A stretch of 64,000 nt of DNA from a virus. The translations under genes and the position numbers were made by a program. The notes under the pieces were generated by a model. It made no database searches, had not been told where the DNA came from, and saw only the letters and a list, made by a program, of their open reading frames with translations. Positions 20,101-28,519 of this stretch are shown one piece after another (position 1 is the stretch's first letter; each line of letters begins with the position of its first letter). The stretch covers positions 102,844-166,843 of IMG/VR virus record IMGVR_UViG_3300045993_000425. One strand, written 5' to 3'.

Positions 20101-23100
20101 TTATATAGTTGCCAGGGATGTTGACACCGGTTCCCGCACATGCTTCGCAGTCGTCGACCCTGTCTGCTGCATTGCGGCACTCTCTGCACCTGTCCAGGCC
20201 ACTAAAGCACTGCCCCATGCAATAATCGCAGTCGTCACCGCTGACCTTGACTACACCCTTTTCTTTGCACTCACCACAACCCTCTCCCCCTCCCTCACAG
20301 TCAGGGCACTCCTTGTGCTCATTGCCATCGCCACCACAGAACTCACAGTCCCCACACTTCTGGCCGATATCGGTGATGTACTCGCGAGCCAGTGCTAGTG
20401 TTAGGCCTGTCCTACCAGTCCCATCACATTTCTTGCACTTAGGCACGATTCTGTCGGTGATCCCATCACCACCACAAGTGTCACAGACTTGATGACCGAG
20501 GCCATCTTCCGCCTCCCCATAGTACCCCTTGGAGAAGTTCCAGACATGCGAGGGCTGCTTGTCGATTTCAGCCTGAAGGTGCTCTGCCGAACAGTGTGAG
20601 GGATTCTTGGGGTCCCGTGGCCAGTTCCCAGGAGGCATCTGCTTGTAGTGGATCGAGGGCTTACCCGTAGCCAAGATTTGGTCCCGGCCGAGGCGCAGCT
20701 TGTTGGTCCTGAGCTTGAAGCTGATCTCGCCCTCATTCGGGTTTGAAGGGTCACTGCCTTCAGTCCAGCTCGCATCCGTCTCTGTCTTCTCGAGGTTCTT
20801 GTGCAATTGGTTATCCAGCTGCTGGCTCCCATAGCGGAATAGCTGGTCGCTGAAGTCTCTATGCACCTGAGGGTCCACCATCCAGCTCTTGATTGCCTGG
20901 TTCTCGTCCCTGTCAGCGTCAGTCTTGGCTTCCAGGTTCCGACCCAGCTCAGAGTCCTGGTAGAGGGCGAGGTTGTAGGCATTGACGTGACTGATGATGT
21001 CCTTGTGCCGGTCTAGCCAGTTGAGGGTCCTACCATATGTCTCTTGGTTCTCCCCAGGTAGCCCCACCATGATGTTCGGGATGAGGCTGACACCAGCCTG
21101 CCTGAGCTTCCCTGCCGCCTCCTCGAGTAGCTTCTCTGAGGCTGGCTTCTTGTGAGCCCTCAGGATTGGGTCATTGAAGGTTTCTACCCCTAGCTCGACG
21201 TGCCTGATGCCAGCAGCCTTCAGGAAGTCAGGAGTCATGTTCTTCATGGCAGCTGCTGTCGTCTGGATTACGAACCCCTTGAAGTTAGGGTTCTTCTCCT
21301 TGATCTTCTGGTAGATCTGAGGGAGCAGCTTATGGTTGTCAGCTTGGCCGAACGTCTTGTCATTGAGGTAAATCAGCTTTGTTGGCAGGTGCTTAGAGAT
21401 GGACTCCACCTGCTGCATGACCTCATCGGTGCTCTTCTCCTCTACCTTCTTGGGGACGCAGCAGAATGTGCATTGGTGCCTGCATCCATCCGATAGGGTC
21501 AGCCTGGGGATAGTCGGAGTCCCTTGGAAGTGTCTGTAGTCATGGCCAGGATTGTAGGGAAGTCCGAACTCCTCTACGAAGCTCCGCATGTCAGGATGCA
21601 CCTTGACATTGTTGAGCCCAGCGAAGTGGCTCATGTCGGTGTAGCCCCCTACCGCGATCTTCTGGGTAGGGACAGCCTGGGCTAGCTGCTTGATGAAATC
21701 CTTGTTGACATCCAACGCACTGAAGGCGACATGAGAATACCCAGCGTCCTTGATCATCCTGGCTGCTTCCTCTGGGTTTCGGACTGTCAGATGGTCTGCA
21801 TTCGGGACACTATGGGCCAGATGCGCTTGCCATTGGGGGATTTCCCAGAAATCCTGAGGTCTATCATAGCCTTCCCTGTTTGCGTACAGCTTGTCATAGT
21901 AGGCATCTGAGTCATCCCTCTGACGGTTCCCTTGTAGGAGGTCAGATGAGAACTGCACCATCAGGACTCGATTGGAGTTGCTACCAGATGGATGCTGCCG
22001 TACCCACAGGTTCTGGTCTTGGGTAGGTGATTTGAAGCCCTGCGGCGGCTTTGGCTTCGCTTGGCTTGCCTGCTGGTATGTCTGGTGGGGACTCGTGTGC
22101 TTCGAGCCAGGGACCTCTCCTCCTGCCTCCTGGTGGGCTTCCTTGGGCTGTACCCTTCCAGTAGGTGTACCTAGCGTGACGAGCCCCTTGCTGAGACGCT
22201 CAGGCTCAGGTTCTGCCCATCCGTCCCTATGAGGGCTCTGGTTCAGGTGGCTAGAGAGGACAGCCTTGACTGCCTCCTCGAGCCCTTCCCTTGTGTCCTG
22301 TAGGTTTACCTTGAAGCCTCCACCGCTACCTTCGACACTACCTACCAGCCGTCCACCCTTGCTGACACTAGCGATGTGGTTGGAGTTGATAGCGAGCTTG
22401 TACCCTTCAGCCTCAAGCTGGTGAGGAAGCTGGTGGATGTGCGAAGTGACTACACCCTCGTTCTTCGCTAGCCTTACCCGATATGGACCATACCTGCCAT
22501 CGTAGTCGCTGATAGCTCTCGGATTGATCCACTCTGAGAAGTCATTGTAGGAGCCATCTACTGAGTTGCTCCCATAGTTAGGCTTGGCGGTGTAGACGAG
22601 GTTGTGCTTGTCTGCTAGACGCTCCCTGGTTCTGTGGGCAGAGGTCGAATGCACATCTCCTACCTCCTCCTTGACCCCGAGGTGCCTGACAGCATGCGTC
22701 ATTGCAGCCTCGTATAGAGCCGTTCCTAGCCTATTCTCTTTGCTCCTGTGGTTCGCCTTGACGCAGACATCAATCGTCTTGAGGACCGGCTTGCCATTCT
22801 CCATCTTGATTTCGCCATCCCACATACCTACAGGGACAGAATGGTCCAATGGCTTGACATGAGCTACCAGGCTCTTCAGTTGGGGCTTGTACCTAATGAG
22901 TAGCTGGTACTTGGATCTGGCAGGAATGGGTAGGTGCTCGGAGTAGTCATAGACATGCTCTCCGGTAGGATACTGCCTGACCAGCTTACCCTCTGGTAGT
23001 TCCTCAATTGCCTTCTGTAGCCTTGGTGAGACTGCTTCTCCGTCCTTCTCTCCCTCCTCGGCGGCTTCCTCGTTGCTCCTTACGTTGTCAATGATAGATT

Positions 23101-25579
23101 TTGCGTACTTCGATGGTCTATCCCAGCCAGTTAGTGGACCCTCTGCGACACCCTTGCTGTAGTCAGGAGGAGTCTCAAACTGGTCCCAGGTCGGGTCTAG
23201 GACAGTCTTCGTCTTGGTGTGGAATAGGAAGTGGTGGGTGTCGCCCTCGTGATGGACCCACCTCATCTGCCAGCCTGTCCTGGGAGCCCCGATGAGATGA
23301 GCCAGAGCCTCGGCACCTACATAGCAATAGCCTTTCGTCGGATGCTTGTCGCCACGGTATCTTGGCTTCCGCATCTCGTCTTTGAAGCTATCCCTGACCC
23401 CATGCATCGCTGCCAGGATGTGGTCAGGTAGGTCGATGTGGCTTGCAGGCTCTGGGTAGGGAGCCTCTGCCTTCCTGATTTTGCCACGCCACATCTTTAG
23501 GCCCCTCCAAGGTCCATCCTCGGTAGGGAAGTCATCATCCCCATACAGGCTTTCCTTGAATCCCCAGAGGCGGCTTGGTAGTTCGTCATAGCCGAAACGG
23601 AAATGGACCGGCAGCGGCTTGTCGGGACTCAGTCCAGAAATTGGGGCCTTGAACTCAGGATGGGGCCAGTGAATGTCTCCTGTGTACCCCTTATCGCGGA
23701 AGTGCTGGAGGAAGGCCTCTGAGATCATCTCGTTCGGGTGTACTCCACCAAACAAGATCTCCATGATCCGAGCCCTCTTTTCAGGTGGCAAGTCTCTGTT
23801 TTCACGGTCCTTGTACCTTTGTGCTATCTCAGCACGCAAGATACGCATCCTTTCCAGGGTTGGGCGCTCGTCCTGGCTTCTCAGATGCTCAATCATCTCA
23901 GCCCTTACCCGAGCCAGAGACTGCTCAGTCCAAGGCTGGTGAGTCTTTTCACTTGGATAGTAGTGAGGATTGCCATCAGCATCGATCCAATCGATACCGG
24001 GCTTATTTACGCCAGGATTCAGATCTGGAAAGAACTGCGTACTACCAAACGAACCGTGACTAGAGGAACCCTCCAAGCTCGGAAATGAAACAGTACCTAC
24101 TGGATGATACACCAACAACTCATCAGCTTTTTTCGCATACTCCTCTTCTGCGTTAGCTGGCCGAGCCTTGGAGTCGGGGTAATTATCTTCTGCCACCTTA
24201 TCCCAGTGCTTGCTCCTGTCCTTTGCCCACTTCTGCCCGAAGTCCGATTGCACCTCATCGACGTGGATCGGGTTTCTGCGGTGGTTCTCATGATCCCAAT
24301 CGCCACCAGTGAATCTAACCCACCCTAGATGGTCATCTCCACCAGGGTGTGACTCATAGTGGCTCAGGTCATGCATATTGCGAAATACATCCAGAAGCCC
24401 CTCACTCTCGAGTTGCTTCAAATGTTCCGCTGTCAGGCCAAGCAGGAATGCGTTCGACTCCTGATTTGAGTGCTGCTGCGTGCTTTTCAGGCTCTCTCGA
24501 GTGGGCTCGTACTGAACGTTACCTTTTCCCTCACAGGTAGGGCACTTGCTTCTGACAATGTCGCTGCCGGTTCCACCGCAATGATCGCAATTTCCTCTAT
24601 GACCGATAGGTACATGAACACCTGTCGATCCACAGGTCTCGCAGTCTTCCTTCAGCTCATCTTTATTGTGGCAAGACCGGCATACCTCTAGAGGTCCGAG
24701 CCCAAGCCCTTCACAGCTAAAGCACTGGTTGCCATCGATGTCCTTGCCTACTCCTTCACAAATGGCGCACTCACTTCCATTCAGATTCATGTACCGTTTT
24801 GCATCAACGTAATGACAGTACGATTCATCTTTGCTTGTGCCCGACCCATCGCAGGCAGAGCAAGTATGGTTAACACTGAGCGTTCCAAAATTACAATTGT
24901 CCTCCGGGCAAGGCTTAATCCAATCGCTAGGCCCCTTGCCATAGTAACCAGTCGTTACCATGTAGCGATGCACAGGCCTCTTGTCGATTTCGGCCTGGAT
25001 GGCTTCTACGGATACATGACCTGGGTTGTTAGGGTCGCGTGGCCAATTGCCTGGGGGCATCTGCTTGTGGTGCAAGCTCGTCTTCCCCTGCTCGAGGATG
25101 TGGTCCCTAGCCATCCTGAGCTTGTTGGTTCGGGTCTTGACGTTGACAAGTACATCGTCATCAATGCTCCAGTTGGCGTCCTTTTCGGTCTTCTCAACCT
25201 GCTCGACAGGAACCACCTCATACCCATCGATATACTCCACCCCCTCCTTGGAGGCTGCATCCCAGCGGTGGCTACCATCGAGGATGCGGTAGGCACCTTC
25301 TGGCTGGGCGAGCCGCTGGACGATGACAGGAGGGAGTGTCTCCCCAGCCCTGAGCATCTTGCGGTACAGGTCCCTTCGCTCAGGCCGGTGGACCATGTTG
25401 TAGGGGGTCGAGATCTTGACGGGAACCTTCACAGACCGAAGTTCCTTGCCGGGGCCGCCGAAGACATCCTCTAGCTGCTTGAGGTAGTTCTCGTCCCACT
25501 TCCCCCTGAGCGGATTCTGCTTGCTAGGGAAGCGGACACCATTCCTATCTTCGTACCAGTCTTGTTGTTCATCAGCCAT
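17186..25579 (-). CDS. polyvalent polyprotein 1 (2797 aa): ParB-like + 3x Zn-finger/VDEVQSD module + papain/transglutaminase-like + GNAT + radical SAM
   Basis: LPPVIV..ILDGSHR; CxxCxGxG arrays; GYCY..THHFL..LDPT; RLGTALY; CRHQCTFC with ELGVETF and IMVGLPGE. Confidence 0.88.
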   Translation of the reverse strand: MADEQQDWYEDRNGVRFPSKQNPLRGKWDENYLKQLEDVFGGPGKELRSVKVPVKISTPYNMVHRPERRDLYRKMLRAGETLPPVIVQRLAQPEGAYRILDGSHRWDAASKEGVEYIDGYEVVPVEQVEKTEKDANWSIDDDVLVNVKTRTNKLRMARDHILEQGKTSLHHKQMPPGNWPRDPNNPGHVSVEAIQAEIDKRPVHRYMVTTGYYGKGPSDWIKPCPEDNCNFGTLSVNHTCSACDGSGTSKDESYCHYVDAKRYMNLNGSECAICEGVGKDIDGNQCFSCEGLGLGPLEVCRSCHNKDELKEDCETCGSTGVHVPIGHRGNCDHCGGTGSDIVRSKCPTCEGKGNVQYEPTRESLKSTQQHSNQESNAFLLGLTAEHLKQLESEGLLDVFRNMHDLSHYESHPGGDDHLGWVRFTGGDWDHENHRRNPIHVDEVQSDFGQKWAKDRSKHWDKVAEDNYPDSKARPANAEEEYAKKADELLVYHPVGTVSFPSLEGSSSHGSFGSTQFFPDLNPGVNKPGIDWIDADGNPHYYPSEKTHQPWTEQSLARVRAEMIEHLRSQDERPTLERMRILRAEIAQRYKDRENRDLPPEKRARIMEILFGGVHPNEMISEAFLQHFRDKGYTGDIHWPHPEFKAPISGLSPDKPLPVHFRFGYDELPSRLWGFKESLYGDDDFPTEDGPWRGLKMWRGKIRKAEAPYPEPASHIDLPDHILAAMHGVRDSFKDEMRKPRYRGDKHPTKGYCYVGAEALAHLIGAPRTGWQMRWVHHEGDTHHFLFHTKTKTVLDPTWDQFETPPDYSKGVAEGPLTGWDRPSKYAKSIIDNVRSNEEAAEEGEKDGEAVSPRLQKAIEELPEGKLVRQYPTGEHVYDYSEHLPIPARSKYQLLIRYKPQLKSLVAHVKPLDHSVPVGMWDGEIKMENGKPVLKTIDVCVKANHRSKENRLGTALYEAAMTHAVRHLGVKEEVGDVHSTSAHRTRERLADKHNLVYTAKPNYGSNSVDGSYNDFSEWINPRAISDYDGRYGPYRVRLAKNEGVVTSHIHQLPHQLEAEGYKLAINSNHIASVSKGGRLVGSVEGSGGGFKVNLQDTREGLEEAVKAVLSSHLNQSPHRDGWAEPEPERLSKGLVTLGTPTGRVQPKEAHQEAGGEVPGSKHTSPHQTYQQASQAKPKPPQGFKSPTQDQNLWVRQHPSGSNSNRVLMVQFSSDLLQGNRQRDDSDAYYDKLYANREGYDRPQDFWEIPQWQAHLAHSVPNADHLTVRNPEEAARMIKDAGYSHVAFSALDVNKDFIKQLAQAVPTQKIAVGGYTDMSHFAGLNNVKVHPDMRSFVEEFGLPYNPGHDYRHFQGTPTIPRLTLSDGCRHQCTFCCVPKKVEEKSTDEVMQQVESISKHLPTKLIYLNDKTFGQADNHKLLPQIYQKIKEKNPNFKGFVIQTTAAAMKNMTPDFLKAAGIRHVELGVETFNDPILRAHKKPASEKLLEEAAGKLRQAGVSLIPNIMVGLPGENQETYGRTLNWLDRHKDIISHVNAYNLALYQDSELGRNLEAKTDADRDENQAIKSWMVDPQVHRDFSDQLFRYGSQQLDNQLHKNLEKTETDASWTEGSDPSNPNEGEISFKLRTNKLRLGRDQILATGKPSIHYKQMPPGNWPRDPKNPSHCSAEHLQAEIDKQPSHVWNFSKGYYGEAEDGLGHQVCDTCGGDGITDRIVPKCKKCDGTGRTGLTLALAREYITDIGQKCGDCEFCGGDGNEHKECPDCEGGGEGCGECKEKGVVKVSGDDCDYCMGQCFSGLDRCRECRNAADRVDDCEACAGTGVNIPGNYINYCHHCHGDGTLEPINETCVDCEGSGMITGGTPNKDDLLPTQQHSAQESNVFRLDLHDRHLQQLRDEGLEEFFGNMYKASLGAGHPVSENSAAPTLGWVRFTGGNKVSANGERQPIHVDEVQSDYGQSWTKKAGSEARAKAIEEYPNEMILPDDVKAEYAKFAEEAVRDALMRTQQSLEGTFKPLYVDGGRVGGSMAFYPKMKDGIETIKAFYGDTRFSHPDGTVTSVPDATTHHPWTKEDIASLESQVVTSMMINDKRKPKAVIEEMRAKHAAGLQAQFDKEFPPEKLERVNQILFGQTHPNELIAEAFLQHFRNQGYTGDIHWPHPEFKAPISLGRPEDEPPVHFRFSYDELPKRLWGFKEAHYGDLPTQDGPWGRVKMWAGQVRKTEKDESWTQPFGEEEDENITFRLRTNKLRAARDHILEQGKTSVHHKEMPPGNWPRDSRNPGHVSVESIQAEIDKQPEETWRFSKGHWGKGESDYMKWCQHCHGKGHVPTTVMVPCSECNGTKRGNRPDLDSALEHVSTLPKDCETCHGTGSAGEADCHACVGTGSSEAKVCRRCFNEEPRVNRCLMCAQTGVALPAGLKGPCHICDGKGEFEEETSVTCPSCNGMRKVKGEVLPDDLLPTQQHSAQESNVFRLDFPMERMVQLKKEGLMELFQGLFNSRYNSGHPVNPVGSPKTAGWVRFTGGEWDEDKQEHKPIHVDEVQSDLGHEWTKRMESKAKQRALNMFPDDTILPDDPEADYAKKADLRMAHLMESGLKVGNCQPVISNGRRFSPKMLEGVHEYNDREGYVVYVDEKGNKYDVANEHTHHPWTEEDIANVRESLINREREYEERQPRENVERDREQHEKALRNDYNNQYPPEQLKRIQEILYGGTHPNELISEAFLQHLRNREFYGDIHWPHPEFKVPISGLDPKDPLPVHFRFSYDELPRRLWGFKEAKYGEFPTQDGPWKGRKMWRGKVRKANED
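18189..18232. repeat. 44-bp exact direct repeat (second copy 19950..19993) between modules 3 and 2 of polyprotein 1
   Basis: ACGTTGCTCTCCTGGGCTGAGTGCTGCTGGGTAGGGAGGAGGTC at both sites. Confidence 0.9.
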
Positions 25580-25588
25580 TTTGTAGTC

Positions 25589-26455
25589 CTAGACGTTACT
25601 ACTGAACATCCCCTGGCCGAACTTCTTCTTCAGTTTGTTGAGGAGAGCTGCCTGGTCTGCCATCAATTTCTTGATTCGCTCCTCATACACCTGCGAGCCA
25701 CCCGTATTGACCGACTGCTGGGCCCCATCTAGCCCTACCGAGAACTGTCCTACTCGGTTTGTGGCCTCAATCTCAGATAGTACATTGATGGCTGCTGTAC
25801 ACCCGATTAGTTCATTAACAATGAGAGGCACCCTTCCCTCTTGGAAGCCACTGATGTAGTCAATCTCCCACAAGGCTGGCACCCACCCCATCGAACCCAG
25901 GATGGTTAGGAATGCGCTACCACCAGCCCCAGGTGTAGGAGATGGAAGAACACCACCAGATCCAGCCGGCAGAAGGGGGAGGATGTTGACTTGCCCCCTC
26001 TGGAGGTTCGCTGACTCAAGCCATGCTGGGTCGATGCGGTAGATAATGCCGAGGTCACCAGACGGGCGGATGACGAGGCTCACCACCTTGGTTACCGGCT
26101 TGTTGGGAAGCTGAAAATACCCTAGAGCGTAGTACTCCTGCTTGTCATAGGGCAGCCTCTTGACGTGCTCCACAGGCTGAATGTCGACACCAGCCATCAG
26201 TTCGATCTGGTTGACACCTCGAGTAATGGCATCCTTCAACATCTCATCCGAATAGGCATCCCGCTTCCTGGTGACAGGATTCGGAAGGAAGCTGTAGAGA
26301 GGGATGCCGAAGAGGAATCGCTTCTTGAGCAGGTCTACAGTCAACAGAGGCTCGACCCTACTGAAAGCGGACCCGGCATCTACTACGCCGCCCATCTCGC
26401 TGCCTACAGACCTCTTCTCTGTGCCTGTGAAGATCGCCACCTTAGAACTCGCCAC
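25589..26455 (-). CDS. probable head completion/neck protein
   Basis: Downstream of the capsid gene; FLFGI, YISGF, SVGLDG-type motifs of myophage neck proteins. Confidence 0.6.
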   Translation of the reverse strand: MASSKVAIFTGTEKRSVGSEMGGVVDAGSAFSRVEPLLTVDLLKKRFLFGIPLYSFLPNPVTRKRDAYSDEMLKDAITRGVNQIELMAGVDIQPVEHVKRLPYDKQEYYALGYFQLPNKPVTKVVSLVIRPSGDLGIIYRIDPAWLESANLQRGQVNILPLLPAGSGGVLPSPTPGAGGSAFLTILGSMGWVPALWEIDYISGFQEGRVPLIVNELIGCTAAINVLSEIEATNRVGQFSVGLDGAQQSVNTGGSQVYEERIKKLMADQAALLNKLKKKFGQGMFSSNV

Positions 26456-26843
26456 TCAATGGAGCGACAACGATAGCCTGCTCCACCAACCCATTCGTCA
26501 CTACCAATCCCTCAGTCAGTGTCAGCTTCAATGACCGGGTTCCAGGCAGGCTCTCTGTAGCAGCAATGCTGAAGGTCCAGATGGACAGGTCATTGACATA
26601 AGGCTGCGTGCAGGTCTTGGTCAGCGTTAGCCCACTGTCGATGGACCGCAGCACAACGACTACGGTCGCCCCAACCTGAGGGATGTACCGGCGGCCAGGA
26701 GGAGAACAGTCCCAAGACACAGACCTGTCAACTAGCTGGAAATACACCTGTACGGTATCGCCCTCCATCGCTTCCAGTTGGTCAGCGACAGAGAAGTGAT
26801 TGACATCTACGACATCGTTGAGAAGGTTCGCAGACAGGAGCAT
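26442..26843 (-). CDS. putative virion structural protein (beta-rich, 133 aa)
   Basis: GAGG RBS; follows a GCAATCTA motif. Confidence 0.7.
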   Translation of the reverse strand: MLLSANLLNDVVDVNHFSVADQLEAMEGDTVQVYFQLVDRSVSWDCSPPGRRYIPQVGATVVVVLRSIDSGLTLTKTCTQPYVNDLSIWTFSIAATESLPGTRSLKLTLTEGLVVTNGLVEQAIVVAPLSGEF

Positions 26844-26858
26844 GGTGACCTCGCCCCT

Positions 26859-27443
26859 TTAGATTGCTGCCCTCTTCTGAGCCATTAGACGGCTCCTGGC
26901 TCGCATTACAGCCTTGGGGTAGGCCTCTGCCTCATGTGTCCACTCAAGCCTGCCAGCGAGCATCTCCCTGGCTCTACCGGGGCCCTGGTTGTAGGCCAGA
27001 AGGATGTGCTCAGGCTGCTTGAAGCGACTGGACAGGTAGGTGAGGTACTCGATCCCCACCTTCACGTTGTCCACAGGGTCGAACCTGTCCACATCTGCGT
27101 CCATCCTGTCAGCCATCCACTCCCAGGTAGACCTGACGAACTGCATCAGACCACCGGCACCTGTAGGGCTCTCAGCGTCAGGATTGAAATTGGACTCCAC
27201 CTCGATGACAGCCAGAACGAGAAGAGGGTCGATGCCTCGATAGGAAGCCGCCTCTACCTGAGCAGATAGCTGGTGGATGTCTACCCCCTCTAGACCATCC
27301 TTGGATGACAGGTAGCGGTGTACCCAGCTATCAGGACGGACAGAGGTATGAGACAGAGGGGCTGGTAGCTCTGCGACTGAAGTCGCCCAGAGAAGGAGGA
27401 ACAGAGTAAGTCGGAGTTTCGAGCGCCACCCGATCCGAGCCAT
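26859..27443 (-). CDS. SLT-family lytic transglycosylase with an N-terminal signal peptide
   Basis: IEVESNFNPDAES..GA.GLMQF, AYNQGPG; basic then hydrophobic N-terminus. Confidence 0.92.
   Translation of the reverse strand: MARIGWRSKLRLTLFLLLWATSVAELPAPLSHTSVRPDSWVHRYLSSKDGLEGVDIHQLSAQVEAASYRGIDPLLVLAVIEVESNFNPDAESPTGAGGLMQFVRSTWEWMADRMDADVDRFDPVDNVKVGIEYLTYLSSRFKQPEHILLAYNQGPGRAREMLAGRLEWTHEAEAYPKAVMRARSRLMAQKRAAI
26860..26867 (-). promoter_or_regulatory. putative late promoter core GCAATCTA
   Basis: Upstream of the 26843 ATG, heading the neck + polyprotein operon. Confidence 0.6.
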
Positions 27444-27456
27444 CTGTCCCTCCCCT

Positions 27457-27744
27457 CTAGGTTTCCAGCAGAACCACCAGCCCCTCTAGACGCTGACCTA
27501 CTAGCTGTCCTGAGATGGAGACGCGAGCCCACTCTGGGTTGACATCTAGGTCGAAAGATTCTGGACGGTGTTTGTCCAGCGTGACCTCTACCTCTAGACC
27601 ACCATCGCAGAACGACACCAGGGCTGCCCCCAGTGCCTGCCCAGATGAGTCTTGGACAAGCACCGGGTTCTCCACCTGTATGCCTACGACGATCTTTTTG
27701 AAGACGACCAGATCGGACATATGACCTCCGATCTGCTCTAGCAC
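27457..27744 (-). CDS. hypothetical protein (real start may be MSDLVV)
   Basis: ORF in the operon; GGAGG precedes the internal ATG. Confidence 0.6.
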   Translation of the reverse strand: MLEQIGGHMSDLVVFKKIVVGIQVENPVLVQDSSGQALGAALVSFCDGGLEVEVTLDKHRPESFDLDVNPEWARVSISGQLVGQRLEGLVVLLET

Positions 27745-28073
27745 TACTTGATCTGGATGCTGGTTCCCTTGGCCTCATCGGATAGAGTAAACACTATCGT
27801 CAGAAGCCCATCCTCCAGTGTAGCCAGGGGATTTACCCAGTGTCGCTTCAGACGAACTAGGTGCTTTACTTCTCGCTCACCCTTGCGCCCTTTGATCGTC
27901 AGCTTCCCGTCGACCAGCTCGACCTTGAGCTCGCCCTTCTTGAAGCCTGGAACCTCGACCTCGACCGTCAGCTTCCCTTCACCTAGCAGCACCTTGACTC
28001 GGTCTGACACTGGTTCCGGCCACGCAAAATGATTCATCGGGTACAAGCCACTGATCCACACGTTGTCTGCCAT
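27744..28073 (-). CDS. small heat-shock protein (Hsp20/alpha-crystallin)
   Basis: EVPGFKK..LKVEL..GKLTIKG...ATLEDGLLTI. Confidence 0.88.
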   Translation of the reverse strand: MADNVWISGLYPMNHFAWPEPVSDRVKVLLGEGKLTVEVEVPGFKKGELKVELVDGKLTIKGRKGEREVKHLVRLKRHWVNPLATLEDGLLTIVFTLSDEAKGTSIQIK

Positions 28074-28114
28074 ATAGGCCTCCTAGCAGAAGGATAAACA
28101 CATCTGATAGTGTG

Positions 28115-28519
28115 TCAAGCGTTGCCCATCTTCCATTGCATCCGATTCGGCTCATTGTATCGAAACCGGATCTCATGATGGTCTTCCTCTTGGATCTTGC
28201 CAGCTAGGATAGCCGCCTGGTCGCAGAAGTCCTTGTCGCTGACGAGCAGCTTTGGTAGGAGGTCATCAAAGAAGTCATCAGGCAGCCTAGCTAGCAGATT
28301 GATTGCCCGGTCTACCCTGCCCACCTTGGCTTCATTTGTAGCTAACCCCACCACTTGCTTCATGAAAAGGCTGGGAAGTAGGTCGCCATCCTTCAGCAGG
28401 CTTCTCAGGATGAGTAGCTGGTTCTCGGTTTCTTTCTCTGTCTTCGCCTGGAGCAGGACATCGATCATGCCCTTGGTGGGATTCTCTTGCTCTTCAGTTC
28501 GCTTTCGCTCGTGTCCCAT
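28115..28519 (-). CDS. hypothetical protein (134 aa)
   Basis: GAGGAG RBS. Confidence 0.75.
   Translation of the reverse strand: MGHERKRTEEQENPTKGMIDVLLQAKTEKETENQLLILRSLLKDGDLLPSLFMKQVVGLATNEAKVGRVDRAINLLARLPDDFFDDLLPKLLVSDKDFCDQAAILAGKIQEEDHHEIRFRYNEPNRMQWKMGNA

Noticed and set aside
24480-24920. DnaJ chaperone call from the CxxCxGxG repeats
   Set aside because: No J-domain or HPD motif; the fingers are inserts in another module
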